A stretch of DNA of 59,782 nucleotides, counting the filler, from Sphacelaria rigidula (Eukaryota), in assembly GCA_964200075.2 (NCBI GenBank). It is 10 parts of 10 records of this genome, joined end to end, with 100 filler letters (N's around TTAATTAATTAA, not from the genome) between each part and the next. Parts side by side here need not be neighbours in the genome. Positions count along the whole stretch, not along the records: positions 23,955 to 29,842 come from CAXNAA020023712.1; positions 29,943 to 35,830 come from CAXNAA020023713.1; positions 35,931 to 41,818 come from CAXNAA020023714.1; 7 more parts are not named here. One strand, given 5' to 3'. Position 1 is the first letter of the stretch. Every line of letters begins with the position of its first letter. Under the pieces are notes generated by a model that was not told where the DNA came from, made no database searches, and saw only the letters and a program-made list of their open reading frames with translations. Below are positions 24,653-37,315 of the stretch, piece after piece. Position numbers and translations under genes: made by a program.

Positions 24653-24989
24653 TAAGAGATACCTGGGATCATCACCCGCTGCACTTGAAAAAAAAGGTAA
24701 AATGACGCCGATTCAAGATATCGCCTACCCTCGTGATGAAAGGGTTGACCTACATGCAGTAAATGTCGGATGCCACCTCTTTATCCAAACGCGTGGGCAC
24801 CTTGCGACCATCGGTTCGACTTGGTTTACCCATCAGTAGCTTGAACAAGAAAACCCTTGCTGGCTGGGCCGTGTATTGACGAAACAAGAAAAGTGATGGT
24901 GATTTCGTGAGCGTGATGGTGACATGATGGTTACCGGCTGGTTCAGGAATGACTTCGTGAGGGTGATTGTGCCGGTAACAGGATGGTTC

Positions 24990-25249
24990 CACACGTCGGA
25001 TAGATCATGATTTGTCTAAAACAACTAATCAAAGAAGACCTCCGAGTCCGTTGGTCCAAACACATAAAATATCTGACCGCGGAGTTAAAAAAAGTCAGAG
25101 CGCAACCTTTGCACTACTAGGCGTGCTCAGCGTCCGGCGCCGTAAGGAGCAAACATGGAGAAAGGGGGCCAAATGATCCTAATCATGATCCGGATCAGTG
25201 TACTCAGAAGAAGTGATTTTGAGACGGATCATGATATGTCCGACGTGTG
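24990..25249. mobile_element. 260-bp MITE, 8-bp TSD (hAT- or P-type)
   Basis: TIRs CACACGTCGGATAGATCATGATTTGTCT / AGACGGATCATGATATGTCCGACGTGTG; perfect TSD GATGGTTC at 24982-24989 and 25250-25257. Confidence 0.88.
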
Positions 25250-25427
25250 GATGGTTCACAACTTCATTACAGGCTGGTTCAGGGTGAATTCCCAAATTTT
25301 GTTGGGGAATCGACAAGAAACGGTATACTGTATCTTCTCGTTTTTTGCTCAATAAAGGAACGAAAAATGGCCAGGAACGCGAAAACAGCAAAACACGCCA
25401 TTCAAACCGTGTTCGCTCCGAATTTTT

Positions 25428-27393
25428 CAAGGAGAGATCGAGTAGAGTATGTATTTTTGAGTACTCGAGTATATTACCCGAGTATTTACTCTACTCAAAT
25501 TTTGAGAAGGTCGAGTACGGCCTCAAACACCTCACTCAATTTTTGGGTAGATTGAGTACGGCCACTACTACTCTACTCAAGTTTTGGGTAGATCGAGTAC
25601 GACCTCCCTTAGTCTGCTCAAATATTGAGTACGCACTCTCAGTAATACTTGAGTATAGAGTATCACTTGGGTATGACCTCAATACTCTCCTCACAATTTG
25701 AGTAGATCGAGTACGACCTCCAATACTCTACTCAAATATTGAGTAAGCGCTCTCAGTAATTATTGAGTGTAGAGTATCAGTTAGGTATGACGAGTAACCG
25801 TGACTGTCGGCAACTTTCTGACGTCACTTCACAGACTACTGTATGTTGAAAACATGAGCGAGCGGTGGCCATCTATGAGATGGGTGGCGCTACATTACGG
25901 ACTACAATGAGTATGAGCGAATGATGACCATCAAGAACAAAAAAAGCGTGCGGGTGAAGGAGCCTACCTGCCCCAGCTCACCTGCCCCCACACACGCGGC
26001 CACTTGGCTACACCCCAAAATGCCTCCGGAGGGATGCGCGGCCTTCCAGGGGGAAAACAAGCCTCCGGAGGCCTTTAATCCCTGTGGAGGAAACCAAACT
26101 CTACCGACCCGGAGGGTCGCGCACCCCTCCGGAGAAATTTGGGGGTATGCGCGGCCCTCCAGAGGCAAAAATAAGCCTCCGGAAGCCTTCAGTCCCTCTG
26201 GAGGAAACTGAAAAATCTCGTCTAAAGGGCAGCGCACCCCTCCGGAGGCGTTTAATTCCTCTGGAGGCTCGAAATGTTTACGCACCCGGAGGAATTTTAG
26301 AGGTAGCCAGATGGCCGTTTGTACCCATGGCAGTACGTACTTTATACCTAGGGGTGGAACGGTGGTGACACGACATGAGGATGAGGGACAAGACACCAGC
26401 AGATACCAGCCGAGCCGTGCACAGATGCGATCCAATCTCGTGGAACGTTTTTTGTGAAGAACATAGGTGTCTCCTTCAGCGTCTGGATTAAATCAGGAGT
26501 GTAGTTGCACTTGTACCGGTCATTTGGATTCCGTCCTTTTTCGTTTGTGCTCGACAGATTGTAAATTCTGAATTTTGTTCTGTGGCGCTGTGATCATGTT
26601 CCTCATGACCTTTTCGTCATCAGCTGTTTCCCCTTTTCCCTATTTGCAGGCGGGTGAAACACGCCACACATTCAGTGACATGTCCGGATGCTCGGGTATG
26701 GACTATACACAAGACTTCGACTACCGATACTTCGATGTGCTTTTTACGCTTTCCAGTACCCCCGCCAGTCTATATGGTACAATCCGAACGCCCTTCGACA
26801 ATACCTCAATATTCATTCTACCGTAGTTTTGTGCCATTCGGTTTGATCCAAATGCTTTCTCGAAGATACTGTTTTTGCTGAAGTTTGATCGGGAATCAAC
26901 ACTAATCATGGGTGGGCAACTCTGGGAATACGTCGGTATTTACTCTACCCGAGTTTGAGTATCTTGCGTACGAACTTGAATATCAAAGTTCAAGTGATAC
27001 CCAAGGCTTTTGGTACATCGGGTCCGACCTCAGATATTCTACCCAACTTTCGGTGTGATTGGGTATGACCTTAAATACTCTACTCAAATTTTGAGTAAAT
27101 TGATTATGACCTCCCATACTCTACTCAATTTTTGATTAGATCGAGTACGACCTCCAATACTCTTCTCAAATATTGAGTAAGCACTCTCAGTAATACTTGA
27201 ATATGGAGTATCACTTGAGTTTGACCTCAATACGCTACCCAAATTTTGGGTAGATTGAGGATGACCTCAAATACTCTACTCGAATGTTGGATACATTGAG
27301 TACGACCGCAAACACTCTACTCAAAATTTGAGCGCTAAAAGTATGATTCCTCGAAAATACTGGGTATGGAGTATACTCTACTACCTGCCCTTG
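25428..27393. mobile_element. Non-autonomous DNA transposon with CAAGG termini, 8-bp TSD and 41-bp subterminal arrays
   Basis: CAAGG...AGTAGAGTAT / ATACTCTACT...CCTTG termini; perfect TSD GAATTTTT at 25420-25427 and 27394-27401; arrays at about 25436-25795 and 26930-27385. Confidence 0.82.
25993..26321. mobile_element. Nested MITE with repeated CCTCCGGAGG palindromes
   Basis: Imperfect TIR CGGCCACTTGGCTACACCCCAAAATGCCTCCGG / CCGGAGGAATTTTAGAGGTAGCCAGATGGCCG. Confidence 0.6.
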
Positions 27394-28459
27394 GAATTTT
27401 TCACCCACATCACTCGCGGGGGGGGGGGGAGGGGGGCTTGGCACCTGGGCTTCGAAAAAAAAACGGGAGAAAAACATGTTATTCGTGATATATGGCCACG
27501 CGAAAACGAACGTCTCGCCTCCAGAAACCGCTTCCCCTTTCTAGGCCAAGAATTCACCAGGTACACCTGATTCAGGAATTCTTCTTCAATGGTGCCTTTT
27601 CTGGGCCACCGATCGGCCGAGAACGTACCTGTGCTAGGCCATTGCTCTCTACACTGTACCTGATGCGGCACATCGTGCGCCAGGAGGTCTACGCGCCAAC
27701 TCCAACCATGGCGCCCACACATCCGGCTCTTTTCCCGCTCATTTGCCGTTCACGGACGTCACAACGACCACGCCCCTTTCTCCTCGTAAATGTTTCCCGA
27801 GTCTCTCCGCATCGACACAAAAACTGGAATCACAACTCGCAACGCGTCGGTCTCTTGTGATCCGGGGGGTTGTGGAACACCGTACTGTTGCGATCTCTGG
27901 GCTGGTGTCGGGGTCAAGCTAGGCTCTTCCGTCACCAACGGGCGGTTGTCGCATCATGCATCGATGGTTCGTTCAAGCAACGGATACAGTACTGGCCGTC
28001 ACGCATATAGAAACAGGGACATAAGTGTCATGGCATACTAAAATAAAGTAATTAGGTTTCCGCAAACGTCGGACGTATCAGCTCGTGACAGATCCGGGTC
28101 AGCTCATTTGGGGCATAGATCATGATCCGTCCGAGGTGAGCTGTCACCCGTGCACGTTTGTCTGGTGATTATTCGTAGGACCCACTTGACCCGTACATAT
28201 TTGCCGAGCGACAAGGCTGTACGACCCACTTTACACACACAAACTTTCGTGTACAACTGATGAGTAGACCTGTCATATGTACAACATCACATAGTTGTCG
28301 TTTATTACTTGCGTCAGGCAAGCGCAGTAGCGTGTCGTCGACCCGCGCGATTTGAATTTCATGTACACCAAAAGCTACCCGTTACCTGTAGAATCCGAAT
28401 CTAGTATACAAGGAACCCTTTCCCGCACCCGTAAAATCTGGATCACGTATGCAAGGAAA

Positions 28460-28925
28460 CAGTATTCAGCTTCCTCACCAGTTGACCTGTATGGCCCGGG
28501 TACAATGCATGTTCACAAGTCCGGACGTTGGCTGTAGCAACCCGGGCACACGGAACATGAAGCACGTATATTTTATTCCGAGTAGTTCCACGGTGGAGTT
28601 GTTTATTTTTTCCGAAGAGATGTGCACTGTCGGCGCATCCCAATGAAGTATACAGTGAGCAGTATTTAGTACTCCTCATCTGCTAACCTGGCCCGCGTAC
28701 AATGTGCATGTTCACAAGTCCGTATATTGGCTATAGAAACCCGGGCACACGGAAACAATATTTTATTCCGAGTGGTTCCACGGTAGAGCTGTATATTGTT
28801 TCCGAAGATGTGCACTGTCGGCGCATCCGAATGAAGTACACAATAAACAGTATTCAGTATTCCTCACCTGCCAACCCGTATGGCCCGGGTACAATGCGCA
28901 TGTTCACATGTCCGTATGTTGACTG
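28460..28925 (+). repeat. ~190-200-bp tandem repeat, 2.4 copies
   Basis: Unit starts CAGTATT at 28460, 28660, 28848. Confidence 0.8.
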
Positions 28926-29169
28926 TTGAATTGTAGCAGCTACACGAAGTACGTATATTTATTGGCGCTTATCCTAACATGTTTCATCATCGACGTGTAC
29001 ATTGTTGCCGGCGTTGAAGCATGGGTATCTCTGGCAAGCCTGCTCGACGATTAGCCGTATGGCCCGTTTAATCTATATACGTATCTCGTGTGGTAACCTA
29101 TAGAACCCGGTTGCTCTGTACACGTGGCGTGATGACTGATCTGTATATAACCCGTGTGATTCGTATATA

Positions 29170-29387
29170 CCGTGATTGTGCGAGTCATCACACACCCCTG
29201 GACCGAACTTGAAAGCTCGATTACTCCACAACAAGAAAAGCATCAGTTCTGAAAAGGGCGACGTTGGAAAGATCTCGTCGATAGGTGTCCGAAAACGCCT
29301 CGTTTGGTATCGGCACCCTCGTCGTCATGGAGTAATCGACCTTTCAAATTCGGTCCGGGGGGTGTGCGATGACTCGCACAGTTACGG
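29170..29387. mobile_element. pogo/Tigger-type MITE (CCGT...ACGG, TA TSD)
   Basis: ~60-bp TIRs CCGTGATTGTGCGAGTCATCACACACCCCTGGACCGAAC.. / ..TTCGGTCCGGGGGGTGTGCGATGACTCGCACAGTTACGG, flanked by TA on both sides. Confidence 0.85.
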
Positions 29388-29842
29388 TATCTGTCTGATG
29401 ATGATCTGTATGACCCGAGTATCCGTACATCACCTCCTTGGGCACACCTATGTAATCCGTCAAGGTGTATACGAAACGTCAACAAGAACTTGTGTATCCT
29501 TGTAACCCATACAAAATACCTCCCTCTTGATCGAGGAGATCCGAAACACGAGGACTGTTCCGTAACTAGTTGAACTGTATCATCCGAATCGGGTACACAG
29601 GTGTGTTCACACTCGAGCTGTATGACCTTCGTTCTATAAAAAGTGATCCGTCCGACGTGTGGTACATTTGTAAATATTAACGCACATACGGGCGAATGGT
29701 CGCGCCGTTTTTTCGAGTTAGACCCTAACATTTTGCATATGGATTTTTTTTTCCTTCACATTTGAACCCCTCAGCCTGGTCCGGCGAGAACCCGGCGTGC
29801 TCCGTCCCGACTTTGTAGGGGCGGACCCCCGATGGGGTTGGC

Positions 29843-29942
29843 NNNNNNNNNNNNNNNNNNNNNNNNNNNNNNNNNNNNNNNNNNNNTTAATTAATTAANN
29901 NNNNNNNNNNNNNNNNNNNNNNNNNNNNNNNNNNNNNNNNNN
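29843..29942. other. Artificial contig linker
   Basis: Same spacer. Confidence 0.99.
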
Positions 29943-32900
29943 CAAAGCTACATGTGGGGGGGGGGGGGGGGGGGGTTGACCCCCCCCCCCCCTCCCTCCT
30001 GAATCTGGAATGATTGAGGTTACAGGGGTGAGCGAAAGATGTACCTCCTCATGTGTCGGACACACCCCGGCATTCGGTTTTGGCGTTGTTGGGAGGTGAA
30101 TCGAAGGCGATGCTACAAGGGGGACCGGGTCCGGCATAAATCTGAATGTTCGAAGGACCAGAACGGGCCGAACCGCCTACCGTTCGTGATGGACATACAG
30201 GATGGCAAAACAATAATCTCTAGGATGAACCGCTGGAAGAAACGAACACGAAGGGGCTGCAGGTTTCCAACTCGCGGGTTGGTTGAGGGGTTCGCGACGA
30301 TTCAATATTGCTTGACCATTCCAGTGAAATACTAACATAAAGCACCCGATTGCCCACACCGCAGCAGCAGTATAGTGCGATGTACACAGCACACATACGC
30401 AGTGGACAACAGCCAGCAGTATAGCAGTGCAACAACAGCGGTACTATACACCAAGAGAACAAAGACAACCCTGTGACTCTGGGGTTAGGGATCTGGGTAT
30501 CAGGCGCATTACTCAGGCCAAAATTTGAGACAGAGATTCGCTTCATGCAGCGTTTTTGGTGGAAATGTATGGAGGCTGTTGCCTCGATCGAAGACACCGA
30601 AATTGCTTGTCTCCCGTTTGTATACCGTGTGGCCCCAAAGGGCAGTTCCTGTTGTTGTTGAAATATCAGAATAGCCAAAATTTATGTCAGGCAAATTGAA
30701 CGTGCTTTCCACCGCGCTTTCGTTTGTGTTTCTCGCAGAACGTCGTAAACGGATGAAACGTGCAGATCAGTTCCGATAGCCTGCACGGAGACATGTGAAC
30801 CCCCAGACGGCGAGAGTGGGCCATCTGTTGAGTCGGCATCAATTTCACTTGAGAAACCTACGCATGATCCGGATGGACTACCCTCGCGATCTGAAGGTCA
30901 AGAGCTCAGATAGTTGTTCTGAACTGTTCTAGAAGCCAACGTCTTCATCATTTCTTCCGTTTAATATTGACTTTGAGCGATCGAATTGCGAGCTCAATAT
31001 TTCGCCTGCCTCCAACCTCAGCCATGCTAGCGTCAGGGGGGGGACAAACCTCCCCGACGGTAGAGTTGACGGGCACTATTTCTCACTATTCTTGACAATC
31101 TCGACCTCCATTTCCATATCAAAGTGTCGCTCCTATTCTTCACAACCCGGCGCTTGATTCTGCTGTATCGGCCCTGAATTTTCACTGACCGACGCGAGGG
31201 CGCAGAGTATCACGCACATGTGCTCATCACGTGCTCCTTGAATATATGATTAGGTACGCATCTGGCGATCTGACGTGCTTGCACCAGGGGTCTGTGGATA
31301 AAATGTTTTCGGACATTGAGCCCCCCTCCCCCCCTCCCCCCCCACTCCGGGAGAGCAATTTTTCGAAAGTTGTCATGGTTTGTGATATCTTTGTATTTTG
31401 TGATTTTTCCATTTTTTCGTTCAAATCGTTGAAAGAAATCGATCAACAGTGACAAAAACCGAAAAGCCTGGCGGGCTTTGCGAGGTTGGTATATTTGCTT
31501 CTGCTCCTTGCCCGTCCTGTTCCGATGACCTCGGATGCCGGCGACGCTCAAACACATATGTGTACACCACACGAGCGCACAGTAGCGACAGCCTGTAGCC
31601 AGAGTAGCAACTTTATCTCACGCCCCGCCAACTTTGCCCGGACTATGAGTGGTAAGTAGGCACACGACAAGGAACATGATCCCATGAATGTAATCATGGT
31701 AGGTGATGAGCTTGGAGGGGCGGTGTGTCCGTCATCTCAGCGGTCTTCACGCCAAGGATCTCTGTACACGGCAGCTGACCGCATCCGCCAACGCCTCGGC
31801 AATAAACTAGGGAACAGCAGGCTGGGTGTCTCCCTGCCCCTCCTCCCCCTCTCTCAAAAACTTGGATTGTCGATCTTGGGGCCCGCGTGTCCCGAAATAT
31901 ATATTTGATAGACCCTTGCTTACACGTTTATGAAGTGAGCGTGTTCAGGCGCTGCGGAAGAAAACGCGAGATGAGAGATGAGGCCTCCCTGCACCCTCTT
32001 CGAGGGACGGAACAAGAAACTCAAAAAGCCAATCTTCCTCGGTTTACCTAGTAAAGCGTCTTCCAAAGATCAGATTGTTCACCCCCCCAGGAGAAGACTG
32101 CCTTGTGCCAAGCGTACGCGTAGCGATCAGGTGCTTTTTGCGTTTTATCACTGGGCAGCGTGTGGTTCGTCGGCGCAGCTCACTTGTGACGCTGCTCTTC
32201 TTGTACTTGACACATGCTTCCTGCCCGTCGCAACGTATATAGCACCATACTGTGGTTCTCCGCTTCGGCTTCGCATTCCTCGGTATTCAGTTTCTGCAGA
32301 AACAAGGGGCAAAGTTGACGTTTAACGCATGACAATAATACCAGTGATCCTTCGTCTCCCAATATCTTCCCTGCAGAGGGGTGTCATTTTTGTTGTCGAC
32401 GTTTGACAAGCTTCCGTTCATTTCGTCTTCACTTGATTTCAGAGTACTAGCAAATACTATGAATTTGACTCTTGTCTCTGGTAATCTCTTGCCTGCAGAC
32501 ATATGTCGGTTCGTCTTTTACTTATTTTTATGTTTGAGTATACCTCTTTTGGGCTCACTTCGTTCTCTGTAGCTCACTCAAACCAGCGTTTCCTCCTTAC
32601 CTGATTTCAGCGTACATCCTTCTGGCTGATTCTATTCTCTCTCGTATTTCACTTGGCATTAGCGCGTGCTCTGTTTCTGCTTGGGTGTGGAGTGCATTTG
32701 CCTTCCGCGCTGTGTTTGTTCTGCATGGGCGCTTTTGGTACTGTGGCGTGGCGTGGCGTGGCGATACAGATTCCTGTCGGCGTCGTCTGCGTGCACTCGA
32801 TTCTTGGCTCAAACCCGGTCAGACCGTGTCGTAGCAGGTTATTGTCAAGAAGAAAAGGTGGGATGTGAAAAGAATCTCATCTGATCGGCTGTGATTTCAA

Positions 32901-32997
32901 CTATCGTATTTATGGTGCGATCAGGACGTATCAGATTAGGATTTTGAGAAATGGGGCTGAACGTGAAAAGGAGGTTCAACTTCGAAACAGTGCTTTC

Positions 32998-33288
32998 ACC
33001 GACCTGAAGTCATGACAACTGACTTTCAAGTGAACAACCTCATCCCTCCCGACCCCCCTGGACCTATTTTTCGAGTGTCCCGTCTTCCGTTCCCCCAGAG
33101 GGTATGTGCAAAAGTACGAATTATTGGCTAAGACATGTTCCTTTTTTCACCCCGAAATCGGAGCAAAAATGTGCTTTCGCACATACTCGGGGGGAAGAAA
33201 GGCTAGAACACCCCCAAAATAGGTTCAGGGGGATCGGGGAGGGTGAGGTCGTCCATACAACGTCATTTATCATGATCTGAGGTCAGGG
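32998..33288. mobile_element. Foldback MITE with ~120-bp imperfect inverted arms
   Basis: GACCTGAAGTCATGA...CCCCCTGGACCTATTTT...TATGTGCAAAAG mirrored by CTTTCGCACATA...AAAATAGGTTCAGGGGG...TCATGATCTGAGGTC. Confidence 0.7.
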
Positions 33289-33352
33289 AAAGAACTGTTT
33301 TGGACGTGAACCTCATTTTCATGTTCAATCCCCTTCGCAGGATCTTCGGTTA

Positions 33353-33669
33353 GACCATCATATACAGCAACCAATACGTATTTGTACAAATATGAGGATT
33401 TTAGCCCGCCTAAATCCGATTCTCTTCCGTGGATTGATTTTTCGAACTCCAGTCCGTTGGCCAATGTTTTTCGCCTAGCTCTAATAAACGAGCTCAATTC
33501 TGCGATTATCCGGACGCTGACTTTCGGTTTTATCACCTTCCTGATCAGACCGGGAGACTCTCGCATCTCCCCGGAATCCGGGCAATCATCCGTGGGAGAA
33601 AATCCGTTGTAGACGGGCTGTAATCCTCATATTTGTGCAAATACGGAATCATTGCCATACAAGACGGTC
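33353..33669. mobile_element. MITE with ~85-bp inverted arms
   Basis: CGTATTTGTACAAATATGAGGATTTTAGCCCG / CGGGCTGTAATCCTCATATTTGTGCAAATACG. Confidence 0.72.
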
Positions 33670-35125
33670 GTAGATCGGATGTTGGTTTTCAACCGCACTT
33701 TCTCGATCGAAACGTGATTTGCTAAGACACGGCCTCAGGGGCTGAAGGGGTTGACCGCCGGTCCATTTGTGGGATTGACATCATTCCCAGTCCTTCAAGT
33801 GAATATAATGCCTATTTCACGCGGGCCTCCTCTCGGGTCGATTTCTCCCAACAGCTCCTATCCTGTACTGTGTCCATCCTACTGGGCTGTACTGCTATAC
33901 AAGCCCTATCTACACCTACATGTACCATGTTACCGTGCTGTGGTTCTTTTATCCGACTGTTCTGCGTAGGTTGCCCTGTGTCCTAGGCGCTTCCAATTTC
34001 AATTTATTTCGGTGATTGTGAGATGACGTTGCGGTCCCGGATTTCGGCGGCGAAGCCGGAGTGGTCTGGGCTGGGCCCTTCTACTCTGAAGTGGAAAGGT
34101 CTGTCCGTAACTTGTTGTGTAATTTACCCGTGGTATTTGTCTTCTACCGTTCGAACGAATCATGGCCGATTCGAATCACCAAATCCACGATTTCTTAGGC
34201 CTGATTGCCCGAAAGAGAGAAAAAGGTCGACCGCTGGTCAAACAGGTCTCCACGCAACTTTTGTGCCGTTCCACGTGCCTGGGCTACGCGTACCTGGGTT
34301 GCAACGCTGAAAACAAAGCCTGAGGATTGATTCGTACAGTACGAATCAGTTACACTTAAAATCGAATGATTTCCGGACGAATCATTGATTTGTCCAACCC
34401 TTGCTATCTTCGTACGGTAGGTAGTGGAGGGACTGATGGACTCGTTTCAGTACCAAACCGCCTAGGTATTTATCATAATGTAACAGCTTCATCTTGTGTC
34501 TCGTTCGAATCACGCGTTTCATACTGCCTGCACCGCAGTATGGTTGCGTCCTTGCATTCCTTGACAAAAACTACGCTTCCCACGCCTCGTACGCAGTTCA
34601 TGATAACCAGAGCATGTCAGTGGGGTATATGTAATGCATACAATATTCGTTTTTGAACTGGTGCGGTATATACTATTTGGTACAACACGCAGCATGCGGG
34701 GGTTCTATCGAAAAACAAGTGATTCACCACAATCCAAGTGCAACAACGATGGACTCGCTGGCATCTCTTCTGGGTGTTTCCGAATAAGGCGTAATGAAAC
34801 ATGAGAAGCACTACCGTGACGGGCTGCCACAGGGAAGTACAGCGCTTTGGTGCACAGGCGCGCTGGCACGATGTCGACAACATGGGAAACGCTAGCGCGC
34901 GTGCTGCTCGAAAATAACGCTCTCCGCGTGTGTAATTTTATTCAATGATAATCATTTCGTGATAGTGTTAATGAAGTGACGGTTCACAACTTCATTGTCA
35001 TAAGAAATCACGCGCTGTTTTAATCGAGTATGCTAGGGTGGGAAACAAGTGATACAACGACGGTAAAACAGCACGCGAGCAGACCAGCGACTTCAAGGAG
35101 GGCGGCAACCACGCGCTAGGGGGTA

Positions 35126-35335
35126 TGGGTGTTGTCGCAGGTCGAAACGCGGACCGCCTTCCGCACGAGAAGGAGGAGAACCAACAGCAGCAGTATCAGC
35201 AGCATCTTTACTGCCAGTAGATGTACGCGGCTGGGGGTGGGTCTAAATCAGCCAGTGCCAACACTGCTGCTGATGCTGCTGCCGTTTTTCCTCTTGGGAG
35301 AGACGGTTCGCGTTTCAATCGTGCCACAACGCCCA
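35126..35335. mobile_element. Short palindromic MITE with CAG/CTG tracts; second copy at 35656-35830
   Basis: TGGGTGTTGTCGCAGGTCGAAACGCGGACCG ... CGGTTCGCGTTTCAATCGTGCCACAACGCCCA. Confidence 0.7.
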
Positions 35336-35830
35336 CGCACCTTGCGCGTGATAGCCACCGTGCCGGAAAGCGCTGGTCCGTACTGCCCGCTCATAAGCCA
35401 ATGCTTCCTCACCAGGCTAAGTGCTAGGAGATATAGCTGTGCGCATCTCTCTGTGCGAGCTGTGCACATCGGGTGTGTCTGGCAAGCTACTGCTGGATGA
35501 TGTTGAAAGAATAAAGCCAGCGTCCAATACAGGGGACAACAAGTGATACGTACTCGCACTGAAATGCTGCAGTATACTGATACAAAATAAGGGTAACAAC
35601 ACGCAAACATATCATAATCGATCGGTGGGGAGGAAGAAATAACACACCAGGTGCATGGGTATTGTCGCACGTCGAAACGCGGACCGCCTCCCGCACGAGA
35701 AGCAGCAGCAGCAGCATATTTATTGCCAGAAAATGTGTACAGTTTGGGGAGGTTCTGAATCAGCCGGTGCCGATGCTGCTGCTGCTGCTCTTGATCGTAA
35801 ACGGTCCGCGTTTCGACCGTGCGACAACAC

Positions 35831-35930
35831 NNNNNNNNNNNNNNNNNNNNNNNNNNNNNNNNNNNNNNNNNNNNTTAATTAATTAANNNNNNNNNNNNNN
35901 NNNNNNNNNNNNNNNNNNNNNNNNNNNNNN
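35831..35930. other. Artificial contig linker
   Basis: Same spacer. Confidence 0.99.
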
Positions 35931-37315
35931 TCCCTCAGGTCCTGTGAGTCGTTTGAATGTCGTGGATGCTGTTAGAAAAAATATTATGTTCAGCTTTCAT
36001 ACCTGTACCGCAGAGAATTTGGGTGCATTCTAGCAGACGCGAGTAAGTACGATGGTGAAGCAAGGAAAGGTAGCTATGATCGGGTTTGCCTGCCGTACTG
36101 CCGACAGCGTCGCGTGAAAGCCATAAGACCCTTACTGTCGACGGTTGATGGCGTGGGTCTCGAATGCAACGACATGCGATTGGTCGTAGAACACTCTCGT
36201 CCCTCCTCCCAGCTTGTTGTAATAATAATGCATGACCTCTTGACATCAGAATAACTATTTTATATATTATCATGAGAAGCTACTACTCGTACTGTTGTAC
36301 CTATTACTTAGGTGCTCACGCGGCCAGCGTGTGCTGCAGATTGCGGCATGGGCGGACGGACTCCTACGCGCCACGCTAGCGACAGCTAGGTCACCACCAT
36401 AGGTATCTTTTTTCACTCCGCATGTCAAGAAGGTCTCCACAAGTGTTTGATCTCTCACGCACACACAACCCAAATGGCCTGTGGCAGGCTCTTTTGCTCG
36501 GGCACCCCGTTGGGGGGAGGGGGAGCTTGGGGAAAATCAACGATGAATGGCACCCCCTAAGTTCAAATTGGATATACCTGTTATTGCCGCAGCACCGTCC
36601 TTGCTGGCATATGTGTGACAGAGAACAGTAGTAGCGGTGACGGGAACATTGCCCTGTTTTTCAACGACATATTTTTCCGTGCAGAGACGCGCGTCTTGTC
36701 CAAAAAGAGAGGCAGAGAGAAATTGATCTTCGCATCAAGCAAGCAAGAAGAGACGAAATCTCTCCGCAGCTCTGTGTCCTGGCACAACATGGAAAGTTTG
36801 GGTACATGCTGGTAACATCGATGATGCGAGTCTCTCGAGCGATAGTGGTAATCGCCGAGCGAGGACACGCAAAGGACACGGGCGAGGAGCTTCCTCTCTG
36901 TCGTTGTTTCTCTCTCTGGTGATATCGGCATCGACACGCGTGTACGCCGCATTCGTTGGGTGCTCCTAGCTAGGGCTGCTTAACCCTTGGACCGCGGTGC
37001 CGGTAGTCCATCTGGACCACGTGTACTTTTTTCAAGTGAATAAATATTGATGCCGATTCAGCAGGTGACCTACTCTCGCGGTCTAACGGTCAACTCCTCC
37101 TGCGGAGTTTGGGGGGGAAGATACTTTCGCTCTGTGTTACTGTTTCGTATCTTCCCTGCAATAGAGAAATGCGACTTCAACCTCATTTTTTGTTTCAACC
37201 CCATTTTCGAGAATCCACTGTTTATAGATGCTCGAGACGACGAAAAGTGCTCACGATAGCAAAACCTGCCTTGCCAATGGTTGCTCAACGCAGCTGTGAA
37301 TCCTTGAAACTTTCA

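Noticed and set aside
25436..27385. Palindromic 41-bp repeats as a CRISPR array
   Set aside because: Units are contiguous with no unique spacers, there are no cas genes, and the arrays lie inside a TSD-flanked eukaryotic transposon
30020..30330. Copia RT remnant (MYLLMCRTHPGI)
   Set aside because: Only a loose single-motif resemblance; too decayed to call
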